Shown: positions 1-14,120, counted from the first letter of the stretch. The stretch is 64,000 nt of DNA from Chrysomallon squamiferum (GCA_012295275.1 CM022665.1:36704001-36768000), one strand, 5' to 3'. A program made the numbers and translations. Notes: generated by a model not told the origin, from the sequence alone.

Positions 1-96
1 ACTATTGTTGTTGTTGTTGTTGTTGCTGCTGTTATTATTAGTGATTTTTTTCGCTGTTTCTTTTTGGTTGTTTCCTTCTTGTTATTTATTCTTGCT

Positions 97-157
<61 letters not shown>

Positions 158-341
158 CTATTACTATTACTATTACTGTTACTGTTAGTGTTATTACTGA
201 TGTTACCATTGTTGTTTTCGTTCTTGTTGTTGTTTATTGATCTTGTTATTATCATCACACCTACTGAATATCAACACACGTAAACATGTAATATTCTTTT
301 TTCTTTTTTTTTTTTTCATATGATATTTTCACTTTTTACAG

Positions 342-478
342 AGATATTGTCCTATATATGCAGGGAGTGGGGGGTGTTCGAGCGCGCGCAAGTCACGTTG
401 TCAGGAGACAAGGTCAAGTACGATGTAAATCTCGCAAAACTTCGCGTGACTGCCACAGCCGCGAGGAGCTTAATATAA
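342..478 (+). CDS. Putative terminal coding exon of an unidentified gene (phase 1)
   Basis: Strong acceptor gatattttcactttttacag| in front of a CpG-rich island. The frame reads ILSYICREWGVFERAQVTLSGDKVKYDVNLAKLRVTATAARSLI* (TAA 476-478), with AATAAA shortly downstream (~499). The other two frames are also partly open, so the frame is not proven. No family recognised. Confidence 0.35.
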
Positions 479-1982
479 ACCGATTTATACTTCAATTAAA
501 TAAATATTCCTGTACGAAACGAGATACTCAGTAATTGAATGAAACTCGACCTTAATTCTGAGAAAGTTGGTTTCAATGGTTCCGAAAATATCCGCATAAT
601 TATAAAATTATGAATGACTCTTACGTCATCAAAATAAATAATAAATAAAAATAGAGGTTTATTGTTTTATTATTGCTATCGTAGTATATCATTATTTCAT
701 TTTATTTTATTTTACTTTACTTTATTTCATTTTATTTTATTTTACTTTACTTTACTTTATTTCATTTTATTTTATTTTACTTGTTATTTATTTGTCTTAT
801 AATTATTCTTGTTTTACATTTTTTATTTCAGGATATTTGTTTTTATCTATTTAGTTGCTTATTTTAAGATTATTAATCCATTCATTTATTATTTGTATTT
901 ATTTATCTTATATTATTTATTTAGTTAGTTAGTTAGTTAGTAAGTTTACTTTTTATGACAACAGCATTTATTTGTATTTGTATTTATTTTATATTTGTTA
1001 ATTTCACTTATGTATATATTTAGTTATTTTTATTTAAATTATTTATTATTTATTATTATTATTACTATTTATTTATTTTGTTTCTTTCTTTTATATATAA
1101 ATTTCGTTTTTATTTTGTTTTCAATTTTTCCTTTCATTTTTTTTTTTTTTTGTTTGTTTTTGCTTCTAAATTTGTTTTTATTTGTTTTTATTTTATTATT
1201 ACTATTGTATTTATTTATCTATTTACTTACTTACTTACTTATTTATTTTATTTTATTTTATTTTATTTATTATTTCATTTTATTATCATTTCTTTTCTTT
1301 CCCGCCAATTTCTTTTTCTTTATTGTCATTATTATTAAAAAACAAATTCACCCGTTTATTTATTACGATTTTTAAAATAAATTGTATTTGTAATTTAAAG
1401 AATTTCTTCCTATATTTTAAGCTTTCTCGTTTCTATATTTTTCTTTGGGTTTAGTTTACTTTTGTTTTGGTTTCGCTGTCAGCCGCGTTATATTCCTATT
1501 TCGTCAAATTATGACGCTAAAAAAAACCAACAAGAACACAAACGGACACTTATTTTCAATTCCGAAGCGTGAAATATTTATCGTTCTGTTCAAAAATTAT
1601 GGTACAATCGCTAGTTTCTTTCGATAATGAAATGGAAAATATTAGTTTGAACTTGACAACTTGGCAGCGATAGACATCACAATTTTCCCGTTATCTTGAA
1701 ATATTGTTGCTTCTCGCCATCACAAGTAATAATCGAGTCAAACAAGCGAACACCCATCGGACACAATCATAATAGTGTCCACTGAAGACAGTGCTGGGAC
1801 ACACACAGAATAGCCTGGCTTTTTTCACATCTACACCAAGCTTGATAATAACGATTATGATTATGATGATGATGTTGATGATGATGATGATCGTCATAAT
1901 GATAATGAATATGATGATGATGATAATAATGAATGTGATGATATTAATGATAATTATGACAATAATATTTACAACATCAATA

Positions 1983-2031
<49 letters not shown>

Positions 2032-2957
2032 CTTTTGTCTCTTTTTCTATTATTTATTTATTTATTTTAATATTTGAGATGACAGTCTGACTTATAAATT
2101 GATGTCCGGTGCCCACCTTATTGATGCTTATGACAGCCACACCCCTTTCCTTAGCCATATTGCATGTGTATGTGTGTGTATATGTGTGTATGTGAGTATA
2201 TTTTTACGTGTATGAATATTATTGTTACTGTTGTTGTTGTTGCAGTTGCTGTTATGATAGTCATTGTTATTATTATTACTATTATTAAAACAACGATACT
2301 TCTTTTACATCGATATCATCTTAAAAATACGTTAATATGCATATTAATAAAAACAAATTAATTAACGAAAACAAAAACAACGTATACAAAACAACACTGA
2401 GAACGAATTTTACATATTTTTTTCTTCTTCTTCTTTTTCATATTTTCATTACGCTAATGAACAACATCCCGATACGAGAAGAAGAGGAATTAAAAACAAA
2501 AAAAAACCAGGCTATGGGAGCGAGAGCTTGCAATAGAAAACTGATGAATAGATTGGTAATATTGTGCACCATCTTAATAGAGAAACTGACAAGTCTAGTG
2601 AATGATGTGTTCAGAGAAAACCACAAATCTCGAGTGATCTGAAAATTGGATAATTTGTCACACAAAGTTTAGACGCCGCTTGCAACAAACGAAGATGAGA
2701 CGACGATACTGGGCAGACTGAGACGAGGGATACAGCGATCCGCGAAACCGATAGAGTCGAGATACCGCGACGCAAAATCAGAATAATCACCAAAGACGAA
2801 AAGAACACACACAGAGAGCGTGCACCCGTGAACATTAATTACAGGATAGGTACACACAGAGAGGTGTGCATTGTCTGAGAATCCGACGAAGTCGAGATAC
2901 ACGCGTTATAAAATTAAAATAATTTCCAGAAGAAAACAAAGAAAAGAATTCAGAAAT

Positions 2958-3039
<82 letters not shown>

Positions 3040-3042
<3 letters not shown>

Positions 3043-3410
3043 ATCCGAACTGTATACAAAATTCAATTTTAGATACATTAAATATAATATATAATATAAT
3101 ATGCACTAAATATAGCTTATTTTATTTTGCGAACTAAATGTAGCATATAATACTATACTAAAAGAATGTAGCGTGTATATATTATATAACTTATATAATT
3201 ATAGACGAACTAAATATAACATATAATATTATTCGAAGCAAATATAACATTTAATAGTTCCGAAAAAAAAAAATCAAAACAATATATAATATTATACGAT
3301 CTAAATATAACATATAACATGATACGAACTAAATATATAACGTACCAAAAATAACATCTGATACTACACTAACTAAACATAACATATACTATTATACGCA
3401 CTAATAAAAC
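3040..3410. repeat. Degenerate ~28-bp minisatellite
   Basis: Recurrent unit like TATACGAACTAAATATAACATATAATAT (e.g. gacgaactaaatataacatataatat, atacgatctaaatataacatataac, atacgaactaaatatataac). Confidence 0.7.
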
Positions 3411-4370
3411 TTCATACAAACTGCAAGCACTGGGACAGGGGTAAACTATTTGCGAAACCGATTAGAGAGAGATACCACATACGAAAAATAATAATGATTA
3501 AAGAAAGAAGAAAAAATATATCAGGTGTTGGACTTGCACGCATGCATTCATTCAGTCACACAAATAATAGACGGAATATATACAAACAATCACCCACGCT
3601 CATAGCCATAAATATATTGACAAAGAAACAGCAACCATGTGAACTATTAAACACAAGGGCCCGAATGAACGAGAAGAAAGGACCACATGTGTGTGTGTGT
3701 CTGTTTGTGTCTCTGTGTGTGTGTATTCTACAGGTACCCACGCACCTATTCATTTATTCATTAACGCACAGTTTGATGCAGCATATTGCCGTAATGGTTG
3801 CTGTTGGCTACAGTATGTACATCAGAATAATATGTGTAATGTTAGGTTTTCATTATTTTATTTAAAAGGGTAATTAAATAGTTTCCGCGATTTGTTTTGT
3901 CTATTGGATGGATGGATAAAAATGAAAATGTATGTACTTGTGTTGTCACTGAAAATGAAGTAGACAAGTCGACAACATTTCTTAGAAGGAACAAGTTCAG
4001 TATTACCTTTTTACTCTTTTCATTTATTATTATTATTATTATTAAAATTACAATATCTATTATTATTATTAGCATCATCGTTATTTATTTTTCTCTATCA
4101 TATCAGTTCTATACCCACACACACAGACACATCTTCAGTCTTCAACTGGCATAGAATCCTTTTTTTTTTTTTTTTTTTTTTTTTTACATACAGCCTTTAC
4201 ACATTAGCTGTAAACTGTATCTCCCGATAACGTAACAAATGAGACATAGGAAAAAACAAGTCGCTAGTTAACTTTGAGAGCTAATGTTCCAAAAGAGACG
4301 CATCTCTTTTTATCAGCACCAGACATGATAAAACATCAAATAAACGCGATCGTCTTTCGCTGCCTGGTAG

Positions 4371-4493
4371 TGCACGAAACGTCGGCGTCGGGGCCCCATA
4401 CCGCCCGCGGAATACCTCACAAACCGTCGTCTACGACAACGCCGCTCACGATCCATTAGTTTTCTTAATCAAATTGATCCGACGAAATTTTAC
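4371..4493 (+). CDS. Possible internal exon (phase 0-0), basic juxtamembrane-like peptide
   Basis: Acceptor gtctttcgctgcctggtag|, 123 nt, weak donor TAC|gtgact. Reads CTKRRRRGPIPPAEYLTNRRLRQRRSRSISFLNQIDPTKFY. The island is GC-rich and several frames are open, so this is ambiguous. Confidence 0.25.
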
Positions 4494-5020
4494 GTGACTT
4501 CGACAAACCGTTTGTTCTTAAGCACCGTTATCAGCTTGGAAGTGTTCTCGACGGCAGTCATTTTGAAACTAGCGAATAGCTAATAGATTAAAAGATGTTT
4601 TACGGAACGCATGAAAGTAATATCAGCTAATAATCTTTCAGTGTTGTGTGGGGAATTGAAGATATTATACACAAAAGTGCCGCACCCACGGCTTATATCA
4701 ATAAAAAATTTTTTTAAAGAGATTTTCGTTTAAAATCATTTATTTATTTACTTCTGTACGATGACTTCTTTTTAAAATATTTATCTTGAAGTCATTTTAG
4801 AGAAAATATCACTGCCACTATCTGGTCATGTTAATACTATCTTGTTCTGTTTTCATTGTATTCATAGACGGACTGGCTAAAAGTAAGATCCAGATACCCC
4901 AGTTACAGATCTAAGTTTCAGTCTTTGACTTTGTGCATGAAAGACGGAACTATTTTAAATACATTAAATTAAATTTTTTTTTTAATTTTAAAGTTGAAAA
5001 TAAATAGAGATTCACACACA

Positions 5021-5064
<44 letters not shown>

Positions 5065-5131
5065 TGCATATAATATGCATACATTGTTATTAGTAGTAGT
5101 AGTAGTAGTAGTATCATCGTCGTCTCAATAT

Positions 5132-5163
<32 letters not shown>

Positions 5164-6278
5164 TTATCATCGTCGTCTCAATATTAGTAGTAGTAGTAGT
5201 AGTAGTAGTTGTTGTTGTTGTTATTGTTGCTGTAGTACAAGTAGTTGTGTAATAGATGAAGATGCGGGCGCATGATGCACACATCATCTTACACATAAGT
5301 TAGTCTATGTTTGTCTTTTCTTGTAATTAAATTTATTTCATTTTGAAAGTTATATCTACCTCAGTGAAATCCTGGACACGCCCCTGTTTTTCCAGGTGTT
5401 TTTTCTTTCTTTCTTTCTTTCTTTATTTTACTTTCCAATGACAGCTGGATTACTGACTTTTCTTATAATTACAGACATCAAATAAATATTTAATTTACAA
5501 AACCAACAGTCCTGACTTTTTGAAGAGTTCAGAAATTGGAAGCCATATAATCAGTTATTTTTCAAATAATTTTTAAAATTTCACAGCGGTATTATGATTT
5601 TTTTGTTTGGTTGTTTGCTGTTCTTTTTTCTGTATAAAATAAGACCATTAGTGAACAGAATTTTTTTTTTTTTTTTAAATACCTTATTATAAACAATGTC
5701 TGTATTGAATTTATTTTTTTAACACATACATGGAAACAGTCCTATTTTTCATGAATCTATGTATAAAACTAACGCAAAACCTCTCATTTATGAGTGATGG
5801 CGTATGATAATTTCTATTTTTAATTGTTAATTCATGAGTGATGTCAAACAATGTTTTAATGCTTCATGTCTGTAACGCTATACTGGCATAAAACAGCGTA
5901 TAATGCATAAATATTTAAATGTAGCATTATATTTTATGATCGTTGTATTTCGTGATATATTTCGGTTACTGCAGGCAAAAGTATTAATTTTTGTTTAGTT
6001 TATCTAACATGTTAGTTTATATATTGTTTTTATTTGTCAATTAGAATTAATCAATAACTAATACAACCACTAATGATAATACATTTAAAACCTCCGTCAG
6101 TATCACAGCCATCTTCACCTACTGTCATTAATACTACTTGTACAAAAACTATAATTATTCTTTTTTAATACAACTGTTACTATTATACTACAACAACAAC
6201 TACTACTACTGCTACTATTACTATTACCGCCACCACCATCACGACCACAGTTACCGTTTCTACAGTAATATTCCGATT

Positions 6279-6331
<53 letters not shown>

Positions 6332-6828
6332 TTTTATTATCGTTGCTGCTAATACTATTATTACTACTATAATAACAATTACAACTACAACTACTGTTAT
6401 TACTATCACCACCATTACAACCGCTACCTTACATTTATTATTAATATTACTATGATAAATGTCGGAATTCACGGTTCCACTAAATAAATTTGAATTATGA
6501 CCAAACATTTTTTTTTTTTTTAAATTGTATTTACAACATAAAAGCTCGCACATGTAACTTTTATAAGGTTTCGCCCATAACCACTAATATTATGGCTTCC
6601 AACTTCCGTACTCTTAATAAAACCAAGATTGTTTGTTTTGTAAAAAAAAAAATGTCTTCTTTTTCTTTCGGATACCTTAAAAATGCCGCGATTCCTGAGA
6701 AGAAAAAAACTATATATGAAAAACGACCAAGGGGCGACTGATGTTGGTGCATATAATCGCACAAGACGCAGGCATGTTTGTACACAGATGGTAGCGCGGT
6801 TTGCTACGGGCTTGGGTTACATTTCCAG

Positions 6829-6903
6829 GCGGTTGTAGACTGCAGGGTTCTCAAAACAAAGTTTTCGCGAGTTGCCGCTCCCAGACCAACAACCCCTCGT
6901 GTG
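6829..6903 (+). CDS. Probable 75-nt internal exon
   Basis: Good acceptor ttacatttccag|G and good donor G|gtaaga, with length divisible by 3. Phase 0 reads AVVDCRVLKTKFSRVAAPRPTTPRV; phase 1 reads GCRLQGSQNKVFASCRSQTNNPSC. Confidence 0.45.
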
Positions 6904-7007
6904 GTAAGAATGTGTCAAAAAATAAAATATCTCACTGCTGTCTTAGTTGTACTGACGTTATAGTTGTGTGTAGTCTTCTTTTTCAAAAAGTCTTTATCCG
7001 CTTTGCA

Positions 7008-7180
<173 letters not shown>

Positions 7181-7547
7181 TGTTACCACTAGTACTCCTA
7201 CTACCACTACTACAACTACTATGCTTCTTCAACCACTTCTGATGATAATAATGATAATGATGGCACTGTTAAAACTTCTATTAGTTTTATCATCTTTAAT
7301 ATTATTAATAATATTTTATTTCATTTTCAGTTTAAATCAAGTTCAATTTCACAATTATCTTTATTTTTACTCATTTATTTGAATTTTTGAATTTTATTTA
7401 AAATATTTTATGCATTCTGTTATTTACTAACTTATTTATATTTATAATTAAATTTCCCTTTCAAGCGTTTTCATGGTTATTTTAGAATCATTTTTTAAAA
7501 TATTTTGTATTAACTATCTATAGATACATAACGTTTATATATTAAAT

Positions 7548-7603
<56 letters not shown>

Positions 7604-7879
7604 TTCACAACGATATGCTTACTATAGACTAATCTTTTGTCCCGATTCAAACTTTTTTTTTTTTTTTTTTTTATTAATGTTGGTATGTTTGTTAATTAAA
7701 TTAACGTCGGTCGTGATAAATTTTAAAGTTATGTCGAATCTACATCTAAGCACATATTAAATTATTTACAATCTGTTGCCAGTTTTACAACACATGTTTA
7801 CCGTGGAGAATAAATACATTCATTAAGGATTGTTTTTGTTTTTACTCTACTTACATTTAAGTGTCTTTATTTTTATATA

Positions 7880-7942
<63 letters not shown>

Positions 7943-8169
7943 ATATATATATTTATGTATGTATTCTGTGTGATTACCTATGTATCTACGTTTATGTATA
8001 TCTATATAATATAATATTTAAATATAATATGTGCATAATATTCTTCAATACTGTGTTAAAGTAAATATATCAGCGCTTGCTCTTCAGAATAACAGCAGTC
8101 AAAACGTGTTTTTCTAAACAAAACAGTATATTATGTAACTGAAACAGAAATTTATTTTTAAATATGAAC

Positions 8170-8930
8170 GTGTATTTCTCACTCAACAGACATCCAGATG
8201 TTTGTTTCACAGGAAATGAACATTCGGATATTTGTTTCATTTAAAAAAATAATAATAATAATTAAAAAAATTCACATACTCATTATATTTTAATTCAGTG
8301 TAAAAATACTCATGTATATGTACATTTCATACAAAGTAAAACATTCGATGCAGCTCCGTATTAAAACGATATCATAGACTATACACTTTCTGGTGTTATT
8401 CTTTGTTAATAAAGCAAGGATATAGACGTACTGTTTAGATACAGCGTTTTAAAAGATTTCCATGGAGATACAGCTGCAGTGAATATCAAAATTTCGGCTG
8501 TTCTTGTCATAAAAAATGAAAATGTTAGAGGTACATTTCATAGAATATCAACATTCGCACCTTCCGTTGCCATAGCACTGTTAGAAATACATGGATTTGT
8601 ATTTACTTTATGACTATTTGGATATACTTTTTTAAAAAAGAAAAAAAAAAAGAAGAAAAAAATGAAAGGGCTAAAAAAAGGAAAAAGAAGCAGGATTTAA
8701 GAGAAATGTTATGAAATATTAACATTCAAATCGTCTTTTCGTAAGTAATCATCAACATTCTAAATTTTCATTATTAAAATAAAACCATAACGGAGATTTC
8801 GGTTCGTAACTAATCAACATTTGAAGGTTCTTTTCATTAAAAAAAAAAAAAAAAAAAAAAAACGGGAGTAAAGATTCGCGGTGTATATATTTCATATAAA
8901 CACAAACATTGGGATGTTGTTTTCATATGG
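8170..8930. repeat. Degenerate ~30-bp minisatellite
   Basis: Recurrent core (A)ATATCAACATTC...TTTCAT (gaaatgaacattcggatatttgtttcat, gaatatcaacattcg, aaatattaacattc, taatcaacatttgaaggttcttttcat). Confidence 0.55.
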
Positions 8931-9387
8931 AATTTTAATAGACTGAGGAGTTTTGTTTTGATCGGCATGAGTGCTACTTGAATGCAAACACACGAGCTTC
9001 GTTATAAATTACAAGAACAAGAAATACAGAGGGAAACGTTTGCCAGCCTCTCTGAAAACAGTGGAGCGGATATTGAGTTTGACTGACAGTTCTTGAAATA
9101 TCACTCGACACTGCGGGACACATGGACAGTATTTAACCACTTACGGGCAATAAAGGCCCCAGCGCTGAAACGACTAATGGTCATTTTGTTTCCTTTCGGC
9201 AGTCGAAAACCCAACAATGACTGTTAAACGTTTGTGACTGTAATTCTGGTTTTATCTTCTTCTTTTTTTATTTTTAGCTATTTTATATTACTTTCTGTTG
9301 ATCAAATGATTATTGTTTTAAAATATTTAAAATATGTGTTTTCATTTATAATATAATTTTGTTTTTATCAAATAAATATATATATAT

Positions 9388-9487
9388 AAAGCAATAAATA
9401 TTAGATAAAACCCAAATTGTATTACATATGTTTATATATATATATATATGTAATATAATTTGGGTTTTATCTAATATTTGTTGCTTT
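9388..9487. repeat. Inverted repeat, 42-bp arms with a 16-nt (AT)-rich loop
   Basis: 9388-9429 aaagcaataaatattagataaaacccaaattgtattacatat is the reverse complement of 9446-9487 with 2 mismatches. Confidence 0.9.
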
Positions 9488-9670
9488 CGTGTCTGTAATT
9501 GGGTTTTCTCTCAAGTATTTTGTAGAATAGATTTAATAATTTTTGTATCTGTAAATATCAAATAGTTTATTATTATTATGTATTTATTTGTTATTATTAT
9601 TATTATTACTATTATTATTATTATTATTATATTATTATTATTATTACTATTATTATTATTATTATTACTA

Positions 9671-9707
<37 letters not shown>

Positions 9708-10145
9708 GTTTTGTTTTCTTTCTTTCTTTATACAATATACTTATTAGCATTCTCTTACTCGGTATTAATTCAGTATTGTAAATTATTTTAAGATTACCAT
9801 CTGTAACATTGTTTTTATCAAATATTTTAATGTTTTGAATTCATCTTTATAACAAGATAAACATTTAGACATACTCAATAATTTAAATAAAAACTAATTA
9901 ACCCTAATTAATATTTAAATAACAGATCATGATGATTGGCTGATTCTGTAAGAACGTTTTTAAATATTTAAATAAAGATGTTTATCACACAGTTGAGAAA
10001 AAAAAAAAAAAAAAAAAAGGTTTTGTATTAGATTTTGCGCTTAGTGTTTTTATTAGTTAATTTATCAGAAAAATATCGCCACCGTAAAGTTTTATCGGCT
10101 AATATTTTCAGTCGATCATAAAATAGTTTGTTTACATATCGACAA

Positions 10146-10187
<42 letters not shown>

Positions 10188-10498
10188 AAAGTATTTTATG
10201 ACTGACTGAATATATATATATATATATAATTTTTAAAACGTGTAGAATTTCTAAAGATGATAACGAAATAAAGAATGTTTTATTTTCTGTTTGTTTTTTG
10301 TCTTGTATTTTTGCAAAGAAGACACATTTTATGTTTTATTTATTGGAAATGGCCAGTGTATGACAAATTGCGCGTCACTTGGAGATTATTGCGAGGCACT
10401 TTGCCCTATCCAAACGTGATCCTATCAGGCGCCTGTAATTGGTGATTTATTAGGAGAGCGTCGAGTAAATGCATGCATTATTCCTAAAAGACTGTGAC

Positions 10499-10616
<118 letters not shown>

Positions 10617-12049
10617 AATGAGAATTCATTTAAGATAAAAAAATATATATAAATATATATTTCAAGGAGTAAAAAATAAATATTATTCTTATTAGCATTT
10701 TAATGTTTTAAAAATACAGTAAACCATTCAAAAGAGATTTTGGACGTTTACAGTATTAATAGTGAATTATAAAATATATTATTATGGAAGTGAACACATT
10801 TAAAAAAAAAATTTAACTTGCAATTTACAGAATATAAATGAAAATAATAAATTCACTCTATTTCCCTTTTTTTATTTATTCTTTCACTTTTTTATATTAA
10901 TTTTTTTATTTTAATTTTTTTTAATTATATATTTTTTAAACTATTGTTTTGATTTGATTTTAACAATAAATCTTTACACTGTTACATGTTTGGGTTATTC
11001 TTTAACCTTCTACTGTTGAAACTAAATGAGATTGTGTAAAACATAAACATTTTTATGTGCACGAAAACTATCGCGTCAATCACTGTTCCTCATTTTATTT
11101 TTTTTTTTTTTTTTTTTCTGTTTTATTTAATTTTATTTTTAATCTTTTCGACCCTTTTATCTGCAATCTGGATTAATAAACCTTATCAGAATTTTATTCG
11201 ATTTTGGTGTTAAATGTCTGTTTTATTTCCGAGAATATATCAAATATTTCACACTTGTAAACTAATGTCTTCGCTTCGATGTCGATATAAAAGTATCTGT
11301 GTGTATGCACGTATCATTCTTACTTACTACTTAAAATATGATAAAATAACATAAGAAGATGAAATAACTGTTTAATTTAGTATAAATAACTTAATTTTCT
11401 CATTTCTTAAAATATATATTTATATATTTATTTGTTTATATACATCTCAGTTAGTTTTTCTTCTGCGCTGTTTTAAATTGTATAGCTATCGCTACTTCCA
11501 GCTATATTAAAAACAATTAATTAATTATTTTTTTAAAATAATAACAATTAACATATCGCGTAAAGTAAAAGCAAAATAAACACGTTAATTATATATTAAT
11601 AAACTAAAGTGTTTTAACATTATTTCGCGTTATTGTATTCTTACTTCGGGCCGCGCTGTATAATTTTCTTATCTTATATATTAATACTACCAGTTAATCC
11701 GGGACTACGTGGTATTTGTTTATTCAAGAACTCGGTGGGTATTTGAAAATAATACAGCAACTGTGTTGAATTATGGGTGTCAGAATATCCACATGTGATA
11801 AAATCATAGGCTATCCACAGAACCCGACAGTCTCACTTGCTATTCTGTGTCATTACCGAGTATCGAGTTCTAGCTGTGACACAGACTCGAATGCATGTGT
11901 CCACTTGGCCCGTAACAAATAATACACTTGGGTTTTTTCCAGTGGGTTTTCTAGCGTTATCGTTATTAACAGCATCGTCATCAACATCATTATCATAATC
12001 ACCCACATTAGGATTCTTATTATTATTGTTGTTGTTGTTGTCGTCGTTA

Positions 12050-12106
<57 letters not shown>

Positions 12107-12167
12107 TAATAAATAAGTTATTAGTAGTAGTAGTAGTATTACTATTTTTATTATTATTATTTTATTA

Positions 12168-12218
<51 letters not shown>

Positions 12219-12718
12219 AAAATTTGAAATAATTGTACGAGTTAGCCGTTAAATAGAACACTGAACAGTTTTTATTTGTTTTCTTTTTTTGGTGTATGAG
12301 TATTTTTTTTAAATTTATTATTTTATTTTATTTTATTTTGTTTTGTTTTGTTTTGTTTCATATTGTTTATTTTAATTTATTCTATTCTATTCTATTTTTA
12401 TTCTATTTTATTCTGTTTTATTCTATTCCAATCTTTTTTATTTTATTTTATTTTATTTTATTTTATTTTATTTTATTTTATTATTTATTTAATCATTTAT
12501 TTACTCATTTATTTGTCTGTTTGTTTACTGACTTACTTCATTTATTTGATATAATATTATTTGTATTTGATTAAAGTAAAAAAAAAAAAATATTTTATTC
12601 AGTTAGAACAAATGAATCTCTAATAATGATGACAATAACAAATAATATCAATTATTATAACAATAATAACAGTAATAACTGAGATGATCTTACTGTCAAA
12701 TTATTAATATTATTAATA

Positions 12719-12809
<91 letters not shown>

Positions 12810-12879
12810 CATCATCATCATGATAATCTTTACAAAATATACCGATTAAGAATCATCACATATTCTGATTCGCTTATTA

Positions 12880-13070
12880 ATCTGTGATTTATGGACTGTG
12901 AAATTAACAACTTTCACGTGATCATTATAATGAACTAGCGTCGGGAGGTGTAATTGTGATTTTAACGAGAAGACAGGAGGGGTGCGCGGGCTCATTACGT
13001 CAAATGAACGTGTTGGGCAGCGCCGGGTAGCTGTTTAAACTAACATTTCACTGCAGTTGGTCTCACGCAA
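12880..13070. promoter_or_regulatory. Candidate enhancer island
   Basis: CpG-rich island with TGATTTATGG (Pbx/Exd-Hox composite, 12885-12894), a TCACGTGA E-box, TAATTG and CTCATTACGTCA (12991-13002). No convincing splice-bounded ORF. Confidence 0.35.
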
Positions 13071-13140
13071 AAACGAATTCCCAAAGTCCACGACGAAATT
13101 ATCTACGTATAATTTTATCTTAGCATCATCACCATGTATA

Positions 13141-13182
<42 letters not shown>

Positions 13183-13469
13183 TATACAACTGTCAAGTTA
13201 TGAAGTTAAATGTTAAAAGTAATTCATCTGTCTACCTAAACTGAATAAACGAGAATTTTTACAACAGCTGAATTTTAAAAAAGTTGAAATAAAAAGCAAC
13301 ACGACTACGGCATGATGTTAGAAGACCCGAAGTGTTGTATTGTGAATGATATTTGTTAGAACAGTCTTCATGTAGCGGTATCTCGTAAACATGATATATA
13401 CAAGTAAACAACAACGTACATATACCTAACACATTGTAACGGTTACTCGACCAGCGCTAACATATATAT

Positions 13470-14120
13470 ATGCGTGGGGCGTGTGCTTTGTTTTTGCTGG
13501 TAAATAACAAATACATACAAATAAAATAAAGTAATAAGCTTGACAAACCTGCGTAGGGCCCATAATGTTCCATCATATGCATTATTCCTCGTTTAGCCGC
13601 CTCAGAGCGGGCCTATTAGATCTCACAGAAAAATTTGATAGTGTCTTGTAATGTTCAACGTTCGCACAGCTCGAAATCTCCGACCTGAGTCTCAGTTTTC
13701 CTCACCATGAACCTTACACGGGTTCTGTTTGGCGAAATACAACACACACGTTACTGTATAATAGCCTCTTTCGGAATCGGTTTCCTATCTGTTTAGCTGG
13801 CCACGCCCCCCCGACTTACAGCTTTGTTCCCAGGTGTCCTTCAACGACGAGCTTCCGGCTGCAGTCGGTCAAACAGACGAAAGCGGTATCGCGGCAAGTG
13901 ATTGGTTACTGCTTATCAAGTATTTTTACGTGGTTTTTACATGGATTACATTTTCTGGTCATTTTCTTCAACTCCAAATAATACTCGACTGGATAAAATT
14001 CACTACAACATGTCGCAATTGACACTGTCGTCGAAAAACAGCTTCTGTTGCAAGTAACGAGGTATTAATATTCCTCTGAAGGGGCTGGACTTCATTATGG
14101 AATGGGCGGAGCTACAACTC
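13470..14120. promoter_or_regulatory. Promoter-like CpG-rich region
   Basis: GGGGCGTG (~13476), GGCCACGCCCCC KLF/SP site (~13799-13810), TGATTGGTT reverse CCAAT box (~13899) and GGGCGGAGC GC box (~14104). Motif matches only. Confidence 0.35.
13834..13901 (+). CDS. Possible exon (frame and end uncertain)
   Basis: Acceptor ttacagctttgttcccag|G. Phase 1 gives VLQRRASGCSRSNRRKRYRGK* (TGA 13899-13901); phase 0 gives VSFNDELPAAVGQTDESG... open to 14022. Confidence 0.3.

Noticed and set aside
5369-5385. cctggacacgcccctg and ggggcggatct (~53640) as possible MITE termini
   Set aside because: Isolated short matches with no partner terminus nearby.
6101-6120. TATCACAGCC, the miR-2/13 family 5' end
   Set aside because: The rest of the mature sequence does not match and there is no complementary upstream arm; it sits in a decayed trinucleotide tract.
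8982-9086. 34-aa ORF MQTHELRYKLQEQEIQRETFASLSENSGADIEFD*
   Set aside because: Too short, with an in-frame stop immediately upstream and no usable splice acceptor; expected by chance.
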